A stretch of 47,680 bases of DNA from Balneolales bacterium (lineage in GTDB: Bacteria > Bacteroidota > Rhodothermia > Balneolales > Natronogracilivirgulaceae): positions 1-47,680 of the forward strand of contig SLLP01000081.1 of the NCBI GenBank assembly GCA_007133995.1, written 5' to 3'. The translations under genes and the position numbers were made by a program. The notes below the pieces were generated by a model that worked only from the letters and a program-made list of their open reading frames with translations, was not told where the DNA came from and made no database searches. Below, one piece after another: positions 26,513 through 35,170 of the stretch. The number at the start of each line of letters is the position of its first letter. The stretch's first letter is position 1.

Positions 26513-28168
26513 ATGGTAGTTTTTGAGAAGATTATCTACACACTTGAGGAGCTGGTCTGGAATACACCGGAAATCATGCCTGTCATGGTTATTGCCCTGC
26601 TCAGTTTCGGTCTTTTTATAACACTGCGTTTGGGATTCATCCAAATTCGCAAATTCGGTCATGGACTCAAGGTACTGTCCGGGCGTTACGATGGAACAAA
26701 TCTCCTGGGTGATGTCAGCCATTTCCAGGCTCTCAGTACGGTGCTTTCGGCAACGGTTGGTATCGGGAATATTGCAGGAGTTGCACTGGCAATCCACTTC
26801 GGCGGTCCCGGCGCTCTTTTCTGGATGTGGGTAACTGCCGTCTTCGGGATGGCTGTCAAGTACGCAGAATGCACCTTGAGCACTATTTATCGCAGGACCA
26901 ATGCCGATGGATCTATTTCGGGCGGACCGATGTATTATATTGAGCGCGGGCTGGGTAAACGATGGAAATGGCTTGCCGTCTGCTTTGCATCATTTGCCGT
27001 GATTTGCTCCTTCCTGACTGGCAATGGTGTTCAGGCCAATACGGTTGCCGACACGATGCAAAGTGCTTTTGGCATCCCCAAGATTCTCACGGGTTTGATA
27101 ACAGCAACTGCAGTGGCTCTGGTTATTATAGGCGGCATCAAGCGTATAGGCCTGGTGGCTGCGCGTCTGGTTCCTGTCATGGCTGTTCTGTATATCGGTG
27201 GTGCCATAGTTATTTTGCTGCTTCACCACACCGAACTCCTGTCATCTCTTGCTTTGATATTTACATCGGCATTCAATCCTCAGGCTGGCGCCTTTGGTAT
27301 TGGATCCGGTGCATTTATGATGACGTTTGTCTGGGGTATCCGGCGCGGTCTGTTTTCCAATGAAGCGGGACAGGGATCTGCTCCTATTGCGCTCGCTGCA
27401 GCCAAGACCGATGAACCGGTGCAGGTGGGTGTCGTAGCCCTGCTGGGCCCCTTTGTCGACACCCTTGTGATCTGCACTATGACCGGATTGGTCATTATCA
27501 CTACCGGCTCCTGGGAAGCCCATCATCCCGCCCATCTCGATCTCAATCATCCGGAAGTGACCTATGTGATCGATAACGAGTCCCACCGGGATGTTGAATA
27601 TGAACCGGGTGTGCCGATGACCCTTCGCATTGAGGATGGTTTACCCCTTGAGGGTTCATTCACGTATTACGGTTTTGATGTTGACACTATTTACACTGAT
27701 GCTGCACGATTGGCGCTCTTCAAGGGGTCGATAACCATTATGGATGGTGTTGCGGTTGCCGTTGATCTTGACGACAACGAATTCACGCATCTGAACACCG
27801 CTGTGATTCAGAATGGGGCGCCTCTTACAGCGGCAGCTTTTGAAGTGGGTCTGTCACCCCTTTTCCCCGGCGGACAATATCTTGTAACGATCTGCGTGTT
27901 TCTTTTTGCAATATCCACATCCATCAGCTGGAGCTACTATGGCGAGCGCTCCATACACTACCTGTTTGGCGACCGCTCAATTTTTTATTACCGTCTGATG
28001 TATGTAGCAATGCACTTTGCCGGGGCTGTCCTTACGCTTGGACTGGTCTGGACTTTTGGTGATATCATGCTGGGATTGATGACCTTCCCGAACCTGATTG
28101 GTTTGTTTGCCCTCTCCGGTGTCGTCTACAAAGCTACAAAAAAGTACTTCGATACCTATCCGACATAA
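26513..28168 (+). CDS. Alanine/glycine:cation symporter (AGCS family) with a ~100-aa extra-membrane insertion
   Basis: 551 aa. AGCS signatures GDVSHFQALSTVLSATVGIGNIAGVALAIHFGGPGALFWMW and FSNEAGQGSAPIALAAAKT. A hydrophilic insertion spans about aa 333-432. Confidence 0.9.
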   Translation: MVVFEKIIYTLEELVWNTPEIMPVMVIALLSFGLFITLRLGFIQIRKFGHGLKVLSGRYDGTNLLGDVSHFQALSTVLSATVGIGNIAGVALAIHFGGPGALFWMWVTAVFGMAVKYAECTLSTIYRRTNADGSISGGPMYYIERGLGKRWKWLAVCFASFAVICSFLTGNGVQANTVADTMQSAFGIPKILTGLITATAVALVIIGGIKRIGLVAARLVPVMAVLYIGGAIVILLLHHTELLSSLALIFTSAFNPQAGAFGIGSGAFMMTFVWGIRRGLFSNEAGQGSAPIALAAAKTDEPVQVGVVALLGPFVDTLVICTMTGLVIITTGSWEAHHPAHLDLNHPEVTYVIDNESHRDVEYEPGVPMTLRIEDGLPLEGSFTYYGFDVDTIYTDAARLALFKGSITIMDGVAVAVDLDDNEFTHLNTAVIQNGAPLTAAAFEVGLSPLFPGGQYLVTICVFLFAISTSISWSYYGERSIHYLFGDRSIFYYRLMYVAMHFAGAVLTLGLVWTFGDIMLGLMTFPNLIGLFALSGVVYKATKKYFDTYPT

Positions 28169-28292
28169 CATTGTCGATTCCTTGTGCCGGTTCCCGAATT
28201 AATAATTTTTTTCGCATTAAATCATCCTGAAAACACGTTCATTACATGACACTCCGGCGAAAACATCCTGCCGGATCTGAAATCATTTGTTT

Positions 28293-28928
28293 ATGGCATC
28301 TTTAAAAAATGTATCGCTGGTGGATCATCCTGTTGTGGCTCGGGATCTGACTATTTTGCGAAACAAAAATACGTCACCCATGGTTTTCCGGTCAGCGCTA
28401 GGGCGAATTGCCATCATTCTGGCTTATCATTCCCTCAAGGGACTTCCGCTCAAGAAGGTCAAGGTGGAAACCCCAATCCAGGTTACCAACGGATACGAGC
28501 TTGATACCGAGATTGCCGTGGTCTCGATTCTGCGTGCCGGACTGGGTCTGGTTGATGCGGTCATGCAATTCATACCAGAAGCAAAGATTGGCCATCTGGG
28601 CATGTATCGTGATGAAGTAACGCATCAACCCATTGATTACTACTCAAAGATACCCCACAACATTGCCAGGCATCATGTATTGCTGGTGGATCCAATGCTG
28701 GCAACCGGCGGCAGTGCCAGTGATTCCATTTCATACCTGAAGAGCAAGGGCGCCAAAAATATCCGATTCATATGCCTTATATCAGCACCAGAAGGCATCC
28801 GGCGTATACAGGATCAGCACCCCGATGTATCCATTGTCACTGCGGCTATTGATGAGCGGCTCAATCACGATGCGTTCATTGTTCCCGGACTGGGTGATGC
28901 CGGCGACCGTATTTTCGGGACAATTTAA
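28293..28928 (+). CDS. upp: Uracil phosphoribosyltransferase
   Basis: The track start at 28287 is TTG, so the ATG at 28293 is used. PRPP-binding motif VLLVDPMLATGGSA and C-terminal FIVPGLGDAGDRIFGT. Confidence 0.93.
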   Translation: MASLKNVSLVDHPVVARDLTILRNKNTSPMVFRSALGRIAIILAYHSLKGLPLKKVKVETPIQVTNGYELDTEIAVVSILRAGLGLVDAVMQFIPEAKIGHLGMYRDEVTHQPIDYYSKIPHNIARHHVLLVDPMLATGGSASDSISYLKSKGAKNIRFICLISAPEGIRRIQDQHPDVSIVTAAIDERLNHDAFIVPGLGDAGDRIFGTI

Positions 28929-28932
28929 GACT

Positions 28933-29505
28933 ATGTCGCCCAATATCTCTACAACGGTGATCATTATGGCAGCTCTCCTTGCCTTATGGGTGGGATGCAC
29001 AGACTTGTCTGATTATGACCGGGAGCGGGTAAGAGATGCCATGGCGGATTCCCTTCTCTCCGTCACTGAATCGCATAATATCCGGATGCAACTTATTGAA
29101 GATGGCAGACGAATCGTAACAGTGCAGGCTCCCTTCGCCGCTACCTTCACCCGTGAAGGACGCAGTGAAACCGAACTTCGCGATTCGGTTCAAGTCACCG
29201 TACTTGATGACGACGGTAATGTGGAGACGGTGGTTACAAGTCATTCGGCACGCTACCTGGGCCATGATTCAGAATTTCATTTCAGCGACAATGTATTCGT
29301 AACCACCAGGGATGGCAGGCGGCTGAGAACCGACTACCTGGAGTGGTCACAACAAAACCGCTCTATATACACTCCGGATTTTGTGATTATTGTAACCAGG
29401 AATGACAGTATTACAGGATATGGTCTCTCAGGGACCGATGATCTCTCCTCCTATCGGCTCACGGAAGTAACGGGTGAATTTGAACTGGACCAAACCGATC
29501 CGTAA
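28933..29505 (+). CDS. lptC: LPS export periplasmic protein LptC-like (lipoprotein-type signal)
   Basis: Trimmed to the ATG at 28933, 5 nt after the upp stop codon. Signal plus lipobox (AALLALWVGC). The beta-jellyroll pattern with ...ARYLGHDSEFHFSDNVFVTTRDGRRLRTDYLEWSQQNRSIYTPDFVIIV...ITGYGLSG resembles LptC. It is followed by an OstA-like gene. Confidence 0.6.
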   Translation: MSPNISTTVIIMAALLALWVGCTDLSDYDRERVRDAMADSLLSVTESHNIRMQLIEDGRRIVTVQAPFAATFTREGRSETELRDSVQVTVLDDDGNVETVVTSHSARYLGHDSEFHFSDNVFVTTRDGRRLRTDYLEWSQQNRSIYTPDFVIIVTRNDSITGYGLSGTDDLSSYRLTEVTGEFELDQTDP

Positions 29506-29526
29506 GGCGATATTGAAATATTTCGT

Positions 29527-30942
29527 ATGAAAGACACATGGATTATACCGGTTTTTATCAAGATCATGATGCTGTTCGGCATGCTGATACTGTGGGCGGA
29601 ATCTTCTGATGCTCAAAACCGGGTGCGTATTATCCAATCCGATGAACTCGAAGGGATTGTCACCGAAGAGGGTCGGATTCGAAAACTCACGGGCAATGTA
29701 TCCCTTCAGACGGATGACTTCACTATTCTCTGCGACAGCGCCTGGCACTATATGGATAGGGAGGAGCTGCGGGCATGGGGAAACATCGAAATCACATCCG
29801 AACGTGAACAGATATGGTCCGACAGGGCCACCTACGATCTGGTTTCAGAGGTTGCACTTTTCGAGGGGCGGGTGATCATGCAGTCTGAAAACGTTCTGCT
29901 GTTCAGTGATGAGGTGTTTTACAGTTTTATCACTGAAATCGCCCTGTTTCCTGAGCAGCTCAGGCTGGAGGACGATCGTGGGGTGCTGCTGGCCGATTCG
30001 GGATATTATTACAATGCGCTTGACAGTGCGATTTTCCGCGGCAATGTGCAGGTGGCTGATTCCCTGCAGTACATTGAGGCAGACAGCATGTTTACCAGGC
30101 GGGGCGATGAATATTATGAGCTTCATGGCAGGGTTTATCTCGATGATTTGGAGAATCGCACCAGGCTCACGGGGTCTTTTGTGCTTTCGGATTCCACCGG
30201 GTACCGGCGTGTTGAGGGGGGCAGCAGGATGAGACGCATCAGTGAAGATATGACCGATACGACCTTCCTGTGGGCTGACTGGCTGGAGGTGAACCAGAAG
30301 GATACCATAAATACATTCACTGCCTATGATGAAGTGCATATTTGGACTGAATCCTACAGCAGCCTTTCCGATACGGCCCATTATGATGACGGGCTTCAGC
30401 ATTTCATACTGAGAGGCAGTCCAAGGCTCTGGTATGAGGAGATGCAGCTTACCGGCCCCTTCATCCACATTCAGCTGGAACAGGATAGTGTACGGTATCT
30501 GGAATCATACGAGCGCTCTTTCGCGGTTCAGAGGGACACCACCCTTGACCGCTTAAATCAGATCACCGGCGACACTCTTTTCATTCGTTTCGACGAGGGG
30601 TCGGTTTCCTATATGCAAGTATATCCGAGAGGCAATGTTCTTTACTTCGTCAAGGATTCAGATGACACTGCCGATGGAGCAATCGAGATGACGGCTGATT
30701 TTATCAGGCTGGATTTCGTAGAGGGTGAGCTCGAGGATGTGATTGCCCGTCACAATGTAGACGGCACCTTTTTCGAAGAGAATCCGGGCATCGCGGAACG
30801 CAGACTTCAGGGATTTGCGTGGGACCCCGAGACGCGCCCGCTGCGTCCGGATCAACCCATTGAGCCCAGACTTCCTCCAGTTTCCCTGGAGCGACCGTTT
30901 GAGCTTCCACCACGGTATGCTCCACGGCAGCAGCTGCAGTGA
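29527..30942 (+). CDS. OstA/LptA-family (OstA_N-like repeats) periplasmic protein, elongated
   Basis: 471 aa with a signal peptide. Repeated pattern of '...GNV.(L/I)...D..I.CD.A.Y......(A/L).GNV.I......I.(S/A)D...Y' (e.g. LTGNVSLQTDDFTILCDSAWHY..LRAWGNIEITSE..IWSDRATYD...FEGRVIMQSENVLLFSDEVFY). Confidence 0.6.
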   Translation: MKDTWIIPVFIKIMMLFGMLILWAESSDAQNRVRIIQSDELEGIVTEEGRIRKLTGNVSLQTDDFTILCDSAWHYMDREELRAWGNIEITSEREQIWSDRATYDLVSEVALFEGRVIMQSENVLLFSDEVFYSFITEIALFPEQLRLEDDRGVLLADSGYYYNALDSAIFRGNVQVADSLQYIEADSMFTRRGDEYYELHGRVYLDDLENRTRLTGSFVLSDSTGYRRVEGGSRMRRISEDMTDTTFLWADWLEVNQKDTINTFTAYDEVHIWTESYSSLSDTAHYDDGLQHFILRGSPRLWYEEMQLTGPFIHIQLEQDSVRYLESYERSFAVQRDTTLDRLNQITGDTLFIRFDEGSVSYMQVYPRGNVLYFVKDSDDTADGAIEMTADFIRLDFVEGELEDVIARHNVDGTFFEENPGIAERRLQGFAWDPETRPLRPDQPIEPRLPPVSLERPFELPPRYAPRQQLQ

Positions 30943-31029
30943 TTAGGAGACATTCATTCATTGGCCGATTCAGCAGGCGGGTGCTTCACCGCCCCGATCA
31001 GACCGACCGGGGTCAGCAAAGCGGGAATA

Positions 31030-33159
31030 TCAGGATAGTTCCTCTTTTTCAGCAGTTTCCTTCATGATACGCTCCTGGATTTCATGGGGCACCGGCCCAT
31101 ATCCATGAAACTTGCGGTTGTGCGTTGCCCTTCCCTGCGTCATAGAGCGTAAATGGGTCGCGTACCGATAGAGCTCGGCCAGCGGGACAACGGCCTTTAC
31201 TTTCTGGAAGGTTCCTTCGGAATCCATACCCTGTACCTGCCCGCGACGCGGGGCAAGGTCACTCATCACATCTCCCATATATTCTGCGGGTACGGTGACT
31301 TCAATCTCATAAATAGGTTCCAGTAGCTGGGGTTTCGCTTCAAGAAATCCATTTTTGAACGCCATCAGTGCTGCTGTTTTGAAAGCAGCCTCGTTGGAAT
31401 CCACCGAGTGCATAGATCCGTCATAAACCGAGACGCGGATATCCCTTGCCCGGCAGCCGGAAAGCGGGCCGTTTTCCATTTTTTCCATGACTCCTTTCAG
31501 GATAGCGGGCATGAAACGGGCATCAATCACACCACCGACGATACAATTTTGGAACATCAGCTTTCCACCCCATTCCAGATCAATTTCCTGGGTATCCCTG
31601 ACGTTGACATCCGGCGTCGGGGGCATGCCTTCCTCCCATGGCTCGAGGTATAAGAAGACTTCGCCGTATTGTCCGGCGCCGCCAGACTGCTTTTTATGGC
31701 GGTACTGCGATTTGACTGCTTTGGTAATGGTTTCACGATAAGGCACACCCGGCTCATAGAATTCGGGGTTCAGCTTGAAGCGATGCTCCAGCATATACCG
31801 GACGACATTCAAATGTTCCTCACCCTGTCCGCTCAGGATAATCTGTCTGAGCTCCATGCTGTTTTCTACCTGGAGCGATGGGTCTTCGCGCTGCAGCTGA
31901 TTGAGCGCGGCGCCGATTTTTTCCTCCTCGCCTTTTATTTTCGATCGGACAGCCATTCGCTCGGTGGGTTCCGGATATTTCACTTTTGCGATGCCGATAT
32001 CGATGCTTTTGTCACGCAGGGTATCTCCCACCGCGCCATCTTTCAACTTCACAACAGCGCCGATATCACCGGCATTGATTTCGGAAACATCCACCCGCTT
32101 ACCGCCCTGGGTCAAAAACAGGTTGCCGAGCCGATTGGTTGTACCCCTGGCGTGGTTGATCATGTCAGAACCGGTTTTGAGAGTGCCTCCGAAGACTTTC
32201 AGAAAGGTAAGATCACCGACATGTTCTTCGGAAATGGTCTTGAACAGAAAGGCCAGCGGTTTCTGATCAACATCGACGGCAAGATTGTTGCCGTCGGCAT
32301 CTTTGTCGGGGTTGGCTTCCAGCGGGTTGGGCAGCACGTTGTCAATGAAGCCCATCACACGTCCGGAACCCATGTTGCGTTCAGCGGAGAGGCAGAACAT
32401 CGGAAAAACCTGGCGCTGAAGTATCGCCTTTTGCAGACCCTCCACCATTTCATCTTCATCGAGATGACCTTTCTCGAAATAGAGATCCATCAGAGATTCG
32501 TCGTTTTCGGCAACGGCTTCAATCAGTTCATTATGCTGCAGGTCAGCCTGTGATTTCTGGGAGTCAGCGATGGGGAGCTTGTCTGGCTTGCCTCCGTCCT
32601 CTGAGAACTCATACATCTGCATTTTGAGCACATCGATGATGGCAGAGAATCCTTCTCCCTCCTCATAAGGGTACTGAACAGGAACCACTTCGCGCCCAAA
32701 GCGCTCCTTGCACAGATCCACGACCATCTGGTAATTGGAATTGGGATGGTCGACCTTGTTGACAATAAAGAACGCGGGTTTGTTCATTTCTGCAACGATA
32801 TTCCAGAGAATTTCGGTGCCTACTTCCACACCGTGTTCTGCATCCAGCACAAACACGGCTGCATCTGCCACCTTGAGTGCATTAACCACCTCACCAACGT
32901 AATCAGCGGTCCCGGGGGTGTCGATCAGATTGATTTTGGTTCCGCGCCAGTCAAGATGCATAAATGAACTGAAAACCGACTTCTGTTTCTCTTTTTCAAT
33001 AGCATGATAGTCTGACATGGTATTGGACTCCTCGACCGATCCGCGCCGTTTGATTGATCCGGACTCGAAAAGCATGGTTTCTGCGAGGGTGGTCTTGCCC
33101 GAGCCGGAATGCCCGAGCAGTGCGATGTTTCTGATCTTTTGGGTTTGATACACATTCAT
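31030..33159 (-). CDS. Elongation factor G paralogue (EF-G2-like translational GTPase)
   Basis: 709 aa. G1 GHSGSGKTT (canonical EF-G has AHIDAGKTT), G3 DTPG, G4 NKVD, and full domains II-V (...GDIGAVVKLK..., ...PVPHEIQERI). Confidence 0.88.
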   Translation of the reverse strand: MNVYQTQKIRNIALLGHSGSGKTTLAETMLFESGSIKRRGSVEESNTMSDYHAIEKEKQKSVFSSFMHLDWRGTKINLIDTPGTADYVGEVVNALKVADAAVFVLDAEHGVEVGTEILWNIVAEMNKPAFFIVNKVDHPNSNYQMVVDLCKERFGREVVPVQYPYEEGEGFSAIIDVLKMQMYEFSEDGGKPDKLPIADSQKSQADLQHNELIEAVAENDESLMDLYFEKGHLDEDEMVEGLQKAILQRQVFPMFCLSAERNMGSGRVMGFIDNVLPNPLEANPDKDADGNNLAVDVDQKPLAFLFKTISEEHVGDLTFLKVFGGTLKTGSDMINHARGTTNRLGNLFLTQGGKRVDVSEINAGDIGAVVKLKDGAVGDTLRDKSIDIGIAKVKYPEPTERMAVRSKIKGEEEKIGAALNQLQREDPSLQVENSMELRQIILSGQGEEHLNVVRYMLEHRFKLNPEFYEPGVPYRETITKAVKSQYRHKKQSGGAGQYGEVFLYLEPWEEGMPPTPDVNVRDTQEIDLEWGGKLMFQNCIVGGVIDARFMPAILKGVMEKMENGPLSGCRARDIRVSVYDGSMHSVDSNEAAFKTAALMAFKNGFLEAKPQLLEPIYEIEVTVPAEYMGDVMSDLAPRRGQVQGMDSEGTFQKVKAVVPLAELYRYATHLRSMTQGRATHNRKFHGYGPVPHEIQERIMKETAEKEELS

Positions 33160-33333
33160 GAGTTAAGCTCCATTTGAGTTAAAGGCAGATTCGCAACCTT
33201 TTTCGGAATTATAAATTATTTCGTATTAATTTGGTTAGAAGCGTAAATAAATATTAACTACGCTTAGAAAGTATTGTAGCGCAAAGTAACTTTTTGGAAA
33301 CCTTTTGGCAATAACATGGTGTAAGCATTTACA

Positions 33334-34338
33334 ATGAAACGCATTCTTATCCTGCACACAGGTGGCACCATTGCCATGCAACTTCATGATAGTCAGACAG
33401 ATAGTGCCACAACGAGTACTTCATTCAATTTGGATTTTTTTAAGGACCAGGTGCCGGGTTTGCAGGAAATAGCAGATCTGGAGTCTATAACTCTGTTTCT
33501 GGAAGACAGCTCCAATATGGTTCCGGGAATGTGGGTGAAACTTGCTGCTGCGATAGAAGAGCATTATGATGCTTTTGACGGTTTCGTTGTGCTCCATGGA
33601 ACCGATACCATGGCGTATACCGCATCCGCTCTCTCCTTTGCCTTTGAAAACCTCTCCAAACCGGTGGTATTTACGGGAAGCCAGGTCCCGCTGAGCAATC
33701 GCCGTACCGATGCGCGCCGCAATCTGATCAATTCGGTGGAACTGGCCACCCTGAATATTCCGGAAGTCTGCATCTGCTTCAATGACCGGGTCTACCGCGG
33801 CAACCGTGCCACAAAGATCAGTATCGGTGACTTTGACGCGTTTGCATCACCCAATCATCCGGTGCTTGCGGAATTCGGATTGAAGCTGGAGATCCGTTCT
33901 CACTACCGGCCTGGTACCGGCACCTTTTGCAACAATGCCCGGTTCGACCCGAGGATCCGGTTGCTCAAGCTGTATCCAGGCATGGATTTTGACCGTTCTC
34001 TTCCTGCAGACTCCACCGAGGCGAAGGCACTCATCATAGAAGCTTTTGGCAGTGGGAACCTTCCTGCCGGGAAAAATCAGACACTTATTCCCGGGCTTCA
34101 GCGCTACCTGTCCAATGACGGCATTGTCATCATTACCTCGCAGGCGGTATATGATGAGGTGGACCTTGGCAAATACGAAGGTGGGCGCCTGGCAAAAAAA
34201 ATGGGGGCACTTTCTGCAGGTGACATGACTACAGAAGCATGCGTCACAAAAATCATGTATCTTCTTGCACATCATGATGACATTACTATAACCAAAGAGC
34301 TGTTCAGGGAAAATCGTGCCGGTGAGCGTTCCCACTAG
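33334..34338 (+). CDS. ansA: Type I (cytoplasmic) L-asparaginase
   Basis: 334 aa. Catalytic motifs ILILHTGGTIAM and VVLHGTDTMAYTASAL. No signal peptide. Confidence 0.9.
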   Translation: MKRILILHTGGTIAMQLHDSQTDSATTSTSFNLDFFKDQVPGLQEIADLESITLFLEDSSNMVPGMWVKLAAAIEEHYDAFDGFVVLHGTDTMAYTASALSFAFENLSKPVVFTGSQVPLSNRRTDARRNLINSVELATLNIPEVCICFNDRVYRGNRATKISIGDFDAFASPNHPVLAEFGLKLEIRSHYRPGTGTFCNNARFDPRIRLLKLYPGMDFDRSLPADSTEAKALIIEAFGSGNLPAGKNQTLIPGLQRYLSNDGIVIITSQAVYDEVDLGKYEGGRLAKKMGALSAGDMTTEACVTKIMYLLAHHDDITITKELFRENRAGERSH

Positions 34339-34395
34339 AACGACAGCACAAGGTGCCTTTCCACAAAACTGCCAATACCATGTTATCTTAAAGCT

Positions 34396-35109
34396 ATGTT
34401 TTTTGTATTTGATATCGAATCCATACCGGACATTCCATTTCTGAGAGAGTTGCTTGAAAATTCCCCGGAGGACGAACAAGCTCTACTTGAGCTTGCCGCT
34501 GAGGAATTCGGGCGCGGCAAATCCGGTTTTCTGCCCCCCATGTATCACCAGATGGTATCCTGGGTCGGTTTGTGGGTCACCGCTTCAGGGGAGCCAAAGC
34601 AAAAAGTGGCTTGGAGCGGGATGGACGAACGGAAAGGGATCATGGCGCTCATTGATACCCTCAGCACCTATAAGGACTTTGGGGTCATACACCACAACGG
34701 CAAGGGATTTGATCTGCCTCTGGTTACGTACCGTGCGCTCAAGCACGGGCTGCAGCTGCCGCCGCGGTTGAATACTCATGATATCCGGTACCGGTTCAGC
34801 AAACAAAATCTTGATCTTATGGATGAGTTCAGCAATTTCGGGGCAAGCAGTTATCCGAAACTCAAACACATAGGCACGCTGATCGGGATACCGGTCAAGG
34901 TTACCGGGGAGGGTAACGAAGTGCTTGACATGTACCGGCTCGGGGAGCTGGACCGTATCGAACACTATTGCTACGAAGATGTTATGGCTACCTACCTCAT
35001 ATGGCTTCATCTGCAGTACACCAATGGCGAGCTTCCTCCGACAAAGTTCAAGGACCTTCGTACACGTGCCTTGTCCAAACTCAGAGAGATTCAGGAAAAA
35101 GCGATTTAA
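34396..35109 (+). CDS. Predicted 3'-5' exonuclease (RNase H-like fold, PolB-exonuclease-related family)
   Basis: 237 aa. ExoI-like MFFVFDIESIPD at the N-terminus, HNGKGFDLPL (ExoII-like) and YCYEDVMATY (ExoIII-like). Confidence 0.7.
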   Translation: MFFVFDIESIPDIPFLRELLENSPEDEQALLELAAEEFGRGKSGFLPPMYHQMVSWVGLWVTASGEPKQKVAWSGMDERKGIMALIDTLSTYKDFGVIHHNGKGFDLPLVTYRALKHGLQLPPRLNTHDIRYRFSKQNLDLMDEFSNFGASSYPKLKHIGTLIGIPVKVTGEGNEVLDMYRLGELDRIEHYCYEDVMATYLIWLHLQYTNGELPPTKFKDLRTRALSKLREIQEKAI

Positions 35110-35170
35110 AATATTCCGTCTCTTGCCCATTTTATACTTGATAATTTATCATCACATAAAATTCAACACC

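Noticed and set aside
31669-32553. A 294-aa + strand ORF, and similar long antisense ORFs elsewhere (29845-30468, 34585-35130, 35132-35725, 17596-18198, 1515-2081, 14920-15411, 42631-43131, 12626-13102, 38590-39033).
   Set aside because: Each lies entirely inside, and antisense to, a gene with strong family signatures (EF-G, OstA-like, exonuclease, S9 peptidase, TamB, antiporter, RNase R, M20, Omp85 fusion, SPOR protein). Their translations are low-complexity or Arg/Ser/Leu-rich with no motifs, so they are typical shadow ORFs.
33239-33265. A 7-bp stem hairpin, AAGCGTA-N13-TACGCTT, in the EF-G2/ansA divergent intergenic region.
   Set aside because: The stem is short, the loop is AT-rich, and there is no flanking T-tract or repeat partner. 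It cannot be distinguished from chance.
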